Of a stretch of DNA of 64,000 nt, positions 60,364 to 64,000 are shown one piece after another. Within the stretch, counting starts at the first letter, position 1, and each line of letters begins with the position of its first letter. This DNA is from Geosiphon pyriformis uo1 (lineage: Eukaryota > Fungi > Glomeromycota), in the NCBI GenBank assembly GCA_016748015.1, contig JAAOMT010000512.1:1088719-1152718 (forward strand). Reading direction: 5' to 3'. The notes under the pieces were generated by a model. That model was not told where the DNA came from, ran no database searches, and saw nothing but the letters and a program-made list of their open reading frames with translations. Made by a program: the position numbers and the translations under genes.

Positions 60364-62597
60364 TTAAAACTCAGGCCCATAATTAAAGGTTGCTGGTAAA
60401 ACTTCATTATTCTCTTTGTTCCATGCGGTGGCTACAATCTCCTCCTCGTTAAATGTAAGCCCAAATTCAACAGCTCTATTTATTCCCAAATAGACATTGG
60501 GTAATCTTTCGAATATTAAAAGGAATATAATTACTTTTAGCAAATGTGGTACAAAAACAAAATACATTATTTAAATACCTCATCGTCATGCTACCAACGG
60601 ACTTCATACCAGCATCATCACAAAAACGACCGTTTTCTTTCGGGGTGTAATATACTTTGAACGTGATATATTGTTGATCAGCTCTTAATGGAGAATACAT
60701 CCCAGAAAATTTTTTATCGGCCGGTGCTGTCATTCCACGTGTGACTAAACGATCAAATTTCAAAATACGACCCTCCGGAGTTTTACGTTTATTTGGATCA
60801 ATTCCTTTTTGCCAAACTCTTGAGATTTGAATTCCATATGTATGTTTCAATATACGTGATTTCACCACTGCTTTATCAAGTCCCTAATGAATTTCATCGC
60901 AATTTATTAAAACAAGAAACGCCTCATATAATGAAATTAAGCTTTTGAAACTTACATAATGTACGGCACCATGTAAAATTGCAGTGATAGGGTTCAGTGG
61001 TACAGCTATTATTTTAACTTCCTGATTAAATATTTTTTTGATTCTTGCGATTAGATAGGGACTTTCGGCAAATCCTCCAACCATAAAAATTGCTGAGCAT
61101 TTATTCTCTCTATTGGCGTTGATTTGATTCCGAATCAATCTAATAATTTTATCTACAACTGGATCAAACATGGCCTTAATATCATCAAATTGAAGTTCAA
61201 CTATCCATTCATCTTCCTCCATTTGTTCCTTAACGTTAGTGGTGATGTATTGTTTTAAGGCTGGACAAGAGCGTTCGATATCAAGTTCGATTGGTCGAAA
61301 GGAAGAAGAATCATCTTTAAACTCGTATTTCACACGTTGACAAAAAAATTTATGAATTAAATATTGATATTGGCCATAATGTCTTTCTTTAAAGACTTTC
61401 ATTGCTTCGATGCCCAATCGTCGTCCAAGAAATAGAATAAATTCTGTGTCAACATAGGTACTACCACAAAGATCGCCAGTGCGCTCGGTAATTTCACCCA
61501 GTTGGTTTTCTGCCAACAATTTTCTCGTGGTTAAGTCAACTGTTCCTCCCCCACAGTCACAAACCATAAACGATGCTAATAATGATGCAAGAAAAATTGG
61601 CGTTTTAGCTAGCATACACTTCATTTTAATGTATTAATGATTCAAAAAACCAACCTCCAACGTCTAACCGATGTTCTTTTAAAACTCGCAAGCAAAAAAT
61701 AGCTGCTGCTTCGGCTGTTAACCAGGATAGCAAAATAGAAGTGTTTAGCTAAAAAAGAAAAATCAAAAATCACGTCTAATTAGAATAAGTCATTTTAAAA
61801 ATTTACGTTCTGAAGTAAATTCGAGATTGGTTGCATGCTTTGTGGCCAAGAAACCAGCCTTGAAGACACAATCCCGAAGTATTCCTTTAGTTCCAGGTGC
61901 CTATGCAAAAAAATAGCAATAATTTTGTTTAAAGTAAATTAGGCATATCTACAGAAATATAGAAACTAGTGGAAAGTTGTGATCTACCCATTCGGCTGGA
62001 ACAGTAAAGACAAACCGGACTTGAGGGAAAGTTATGCCAGGCCATCGTTTTTCCAGAGTTTCTTTTATCAACTTTATTAAAGCAACTCGAATAAATGTTA
62101 TATGATCTCATATAGTTATAAAATGATAGCAATTGTAAACCTTTTGCATTTCAGATAGGAAATCAGTGATTGCAGTCCTAAAATTTAAACCGATCGGCAT
62201 CTTTGGCTTTTTTTCCTCGCTCATGTCAGCCAAATGAAGTTTAAACAACTCAACGGGAGCAGGATCAATAGCGTTTCTATCTCTTCTGGATGGTTCTTTG
62301 GCTAGGGCCGCGAAGCCCCACGCATTCACTTTCCAATCGCTATCATATTGAAGAACCGTATTTGTTTTTGGAACGATTAGTCCCGGAAATGAATTGTGAA
62401 CCATGACATCAGGATTAATTCTGTGGCTATAAGCAAAACCTAAAAAAACCCAAGATATTTCTTTTAATGTTTATTCAGACACATAAAAAACTGTTGAAGA
62501 CTTCCGAAAAGGCATTCCTACCACTGCAAGTCGTGCCAAAATCAATGGCTACAACAACTCGAAAATCTTCAGAACTTTCTCTTGTAGGTATTTCCAT
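60364..62597 (-). CDS. HSPA12-like atypical Hsp70; 8 exons (copy 2)
   Basis: ATG at 62597 (MEIPTRESSEDFRVVVAIDFGTTCSG). Same exon/intron structure and intact ATPase motifs as copy 1. Ends VLPATFNYGPEF*. Confidence 0.92.
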
Positions 62598-62995
62598 TGC
62601 AAACCTAAGCAATTGTATTCACTAAACTCAAAGCTCTTATTTTTTCACAAAAAAGAATTTATGCAAAGTCCCAAGTAGAGAATGCCAAAGCTTTGGTCAA
62701 GAATGATCTTGGTCCAACCAATCTAGTTTGGTTTTTTGTACAAATATTACGTGTAGTTAAGAATTAATGAGCTAAGCTTAAAATGGCAATATTCGGTGTT
62801 GTTCTCACTGCCATCCTTATTTGTTCATCGGTTGCAAAAAACTTTCAAAACAAGTTTGATCCCAAAACTGAACAAAGAAAACGTTGCAGAATGACAATAG
62901 CAATCTTTTCGGCTTATTATTTTCCCAGTATTTAAAATTGAAGGTCGATTGTAACTACTAGTCAAAGGCTTTTTTCTTTCTTCACTTTCTTAACC
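62598..62995. promoter_or_regulatory. 398-bp divergent intergenic region (likely bidirectional promoter), copy 2
   Basis: Start codons at 62597 (-) and 62996 (+). Shares short conserved blocks with 39619-40113. Confidence 0.6.
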
Positions 62996-64000
62996 ATGCA
63001 CCTTCCCCAAGGACAACAAAAAAAAGATATGCCAGCCTCTAAAGAGACTCCACAAAATGCTCCACCTCCCCAACAGCAATCAAATTCGCTGATATCTCAA
63101 GAACTTCAAAAAATAATCAATTGGCTTTTAGCGCATGAAAATTGGGAAACGGATGTTTTGAAGTTCCTCTTACTTTGCATTGCAGAGCCAAAAGATAGTT
63201 GTTATAGATTTTTAATTGAAAGTGAATGGGGGGACATAAAAAACGCCATCAACTATTTCTCTTCAATGGGAATAACGAATTTAGACGCCAAAAATACTTG
63301 CATTGAATATTTGGATAGGTATAGAGATTGGCATAAAAATGAAACAAAAACTCCCATAAGTATACTTGTGGAAGATATTTGCGAATTTCTTCCTCTTGAG
63401 AAATCTGATGGAAAAACGCTCCTTAATTGCCTAGCTCGGGAGCGCCCTGAACCAAGATCAGCTCTTCGTTCAATTTTTTATCATAGGATCAAAGGAATGC
63501 ACGATATTTTGGTCGGCCAAAACTCTGACCTTATCGAACGAAACAAATCTAAAATGGAAATTAATTTTCTTCGAACAAATTACAAACTTCTTGATCAGGA
63601 GCTTCAAGGGTTAAAAAAACAGTTAGCATCTCACGATGAGGCAGAAAAGCTCAAAGAGCAAATAATAGCTGAACTGGAACAAAAGCTTTTATCACAAACG
63701 AAGCAGCATGAAGAGGAAGAGCAAAAGGAGCTAAGAATAGCTGAACTGGAACAAAAGCTTTTATCACAAACGGAGCAACATGAAGAGGAATATCAATCAA
63801 ATATGTCCAAGTTGAAGGAAGAATACGAAAATGGTAAACAAAATATTAATCAAGAGACTTGTGCACAATGTCAAAATTACTTCCAGCAACTACAACGTTT
63901 ACAAGAAGAAAGAGATATGTGGGAGATGAAGCATCAAAGTATGCAAAATGAAAGTACTTTCAAGGATAATCAAATCCAGAAACTTTCTAATCAGACCGAA
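62996..64000 (+). CDS. Coiled-coil partner protein copy 2 (5' part; truncated by the window end)
   Basis: Open frame from ATG 62996 (MHLPQGQQKKDMPASKETPQNAPPPQQQSNSLISQELQK...) to the window end, near-identical to 39618..38540 (-). Not in the supplied ORF track because no stop is reached. Carries 1.75 copies of the 24-aa repeat. Confidence 0.9.
   Translation, partial: MHLPQGQQKKDMPASKETPQNAPPPQQQSNSLISQELQKIINWLLAHENWETDVLKFLLLCIAEPKDSCYRFLIESEWGDIKNAINYFSSMGITNLDAKNTCIEYLDRYRDWHKNETKTPISILVEDICEFLPLEKSDGKTLLNCLARERPEPRSALRSIFYHRIKGMHDILVGQNSDLIERNKSKMEINFLRTNYKLLDQELQGLKKQLASHDEAEKLKEQIIAELEQKLLSQTKQHEEEEQKELRIAELEQKLLSQTEQHEEEYQSNMSKLKEEYENGKQNINQETCAQCQNYFQQLQRLQEERDMWEMKHQSMQNESTFKDNQIQKLSNQTE

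Larger units (their letters stand above)
59600..64000. repeat. Inverted segmental duplicate of about 38540-43180 (runs past the window end)
   Basis: The Hsp70 and coiled-coil genes are near-identical in reverse complement. Homology continues into the downstream non-coding DNA (e.g. aaaaatccattgacat, ttttaagatatgtattaactttt, tgcccaaaactatat, atacgataaaaaa..atttcatgaag). Confidence 0.9.

Noticed and set aside
59600-64000. Duplicated cassette as an assembly artefact or uncollapsed haplotype
   Set aside because: The copies are inverted, have different-length and diverged spacers, differ at about a quarter of residues in the Hsp70 C-terminus, and differ in repeat number. This fits true paralogy.

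Overview
AT-rich, intron-rich eukaryotic DNA (short GT-AG introns). Gene content points to a Glomeromycotina-type fungus (inference from kinase-Sel1 genes, HSPA12-like Hsp70s and a class-3 lipase-like gene). The left half holds an AA11-type LPMO, three paralogous ABCG half-transporters, a ZNF511-like gene, an ABCC pseudogene, a catalytically degenerate lipase and a proline-rich protein, interspersed with decayed transposons. The most interesting part is 31.9-47.0 kb, a mirror-symmetric cluster: MLKL-like pseudokinase-Sel1 (-), coiled-coil protein with a GrpE/MIEAP-like C-terminus (-), HSPA12-like Hsp70 (+), second MLKL-like pseudokinase-Sel1 (+). The head-to-head coiled-coil/Hsp70 pair is duplicated intact and inverted at 60.4-64.0 kb, beyond a WDR6 gene and a transposon graveyard. 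The two coiled-coil paralogues differ almost only by amino-acid-changing substitutions (27 non-synonymous vs 2 synonymous codons, manual count) and by one 24-aa repeat unit. Working hypothesis (inference): a dedicated Hsp70 plus GrpE-like co-chaperone module under diversifying selection, linked to necroptosis-like executioners, i.e. a candidate fungal immune or allorecognition system.
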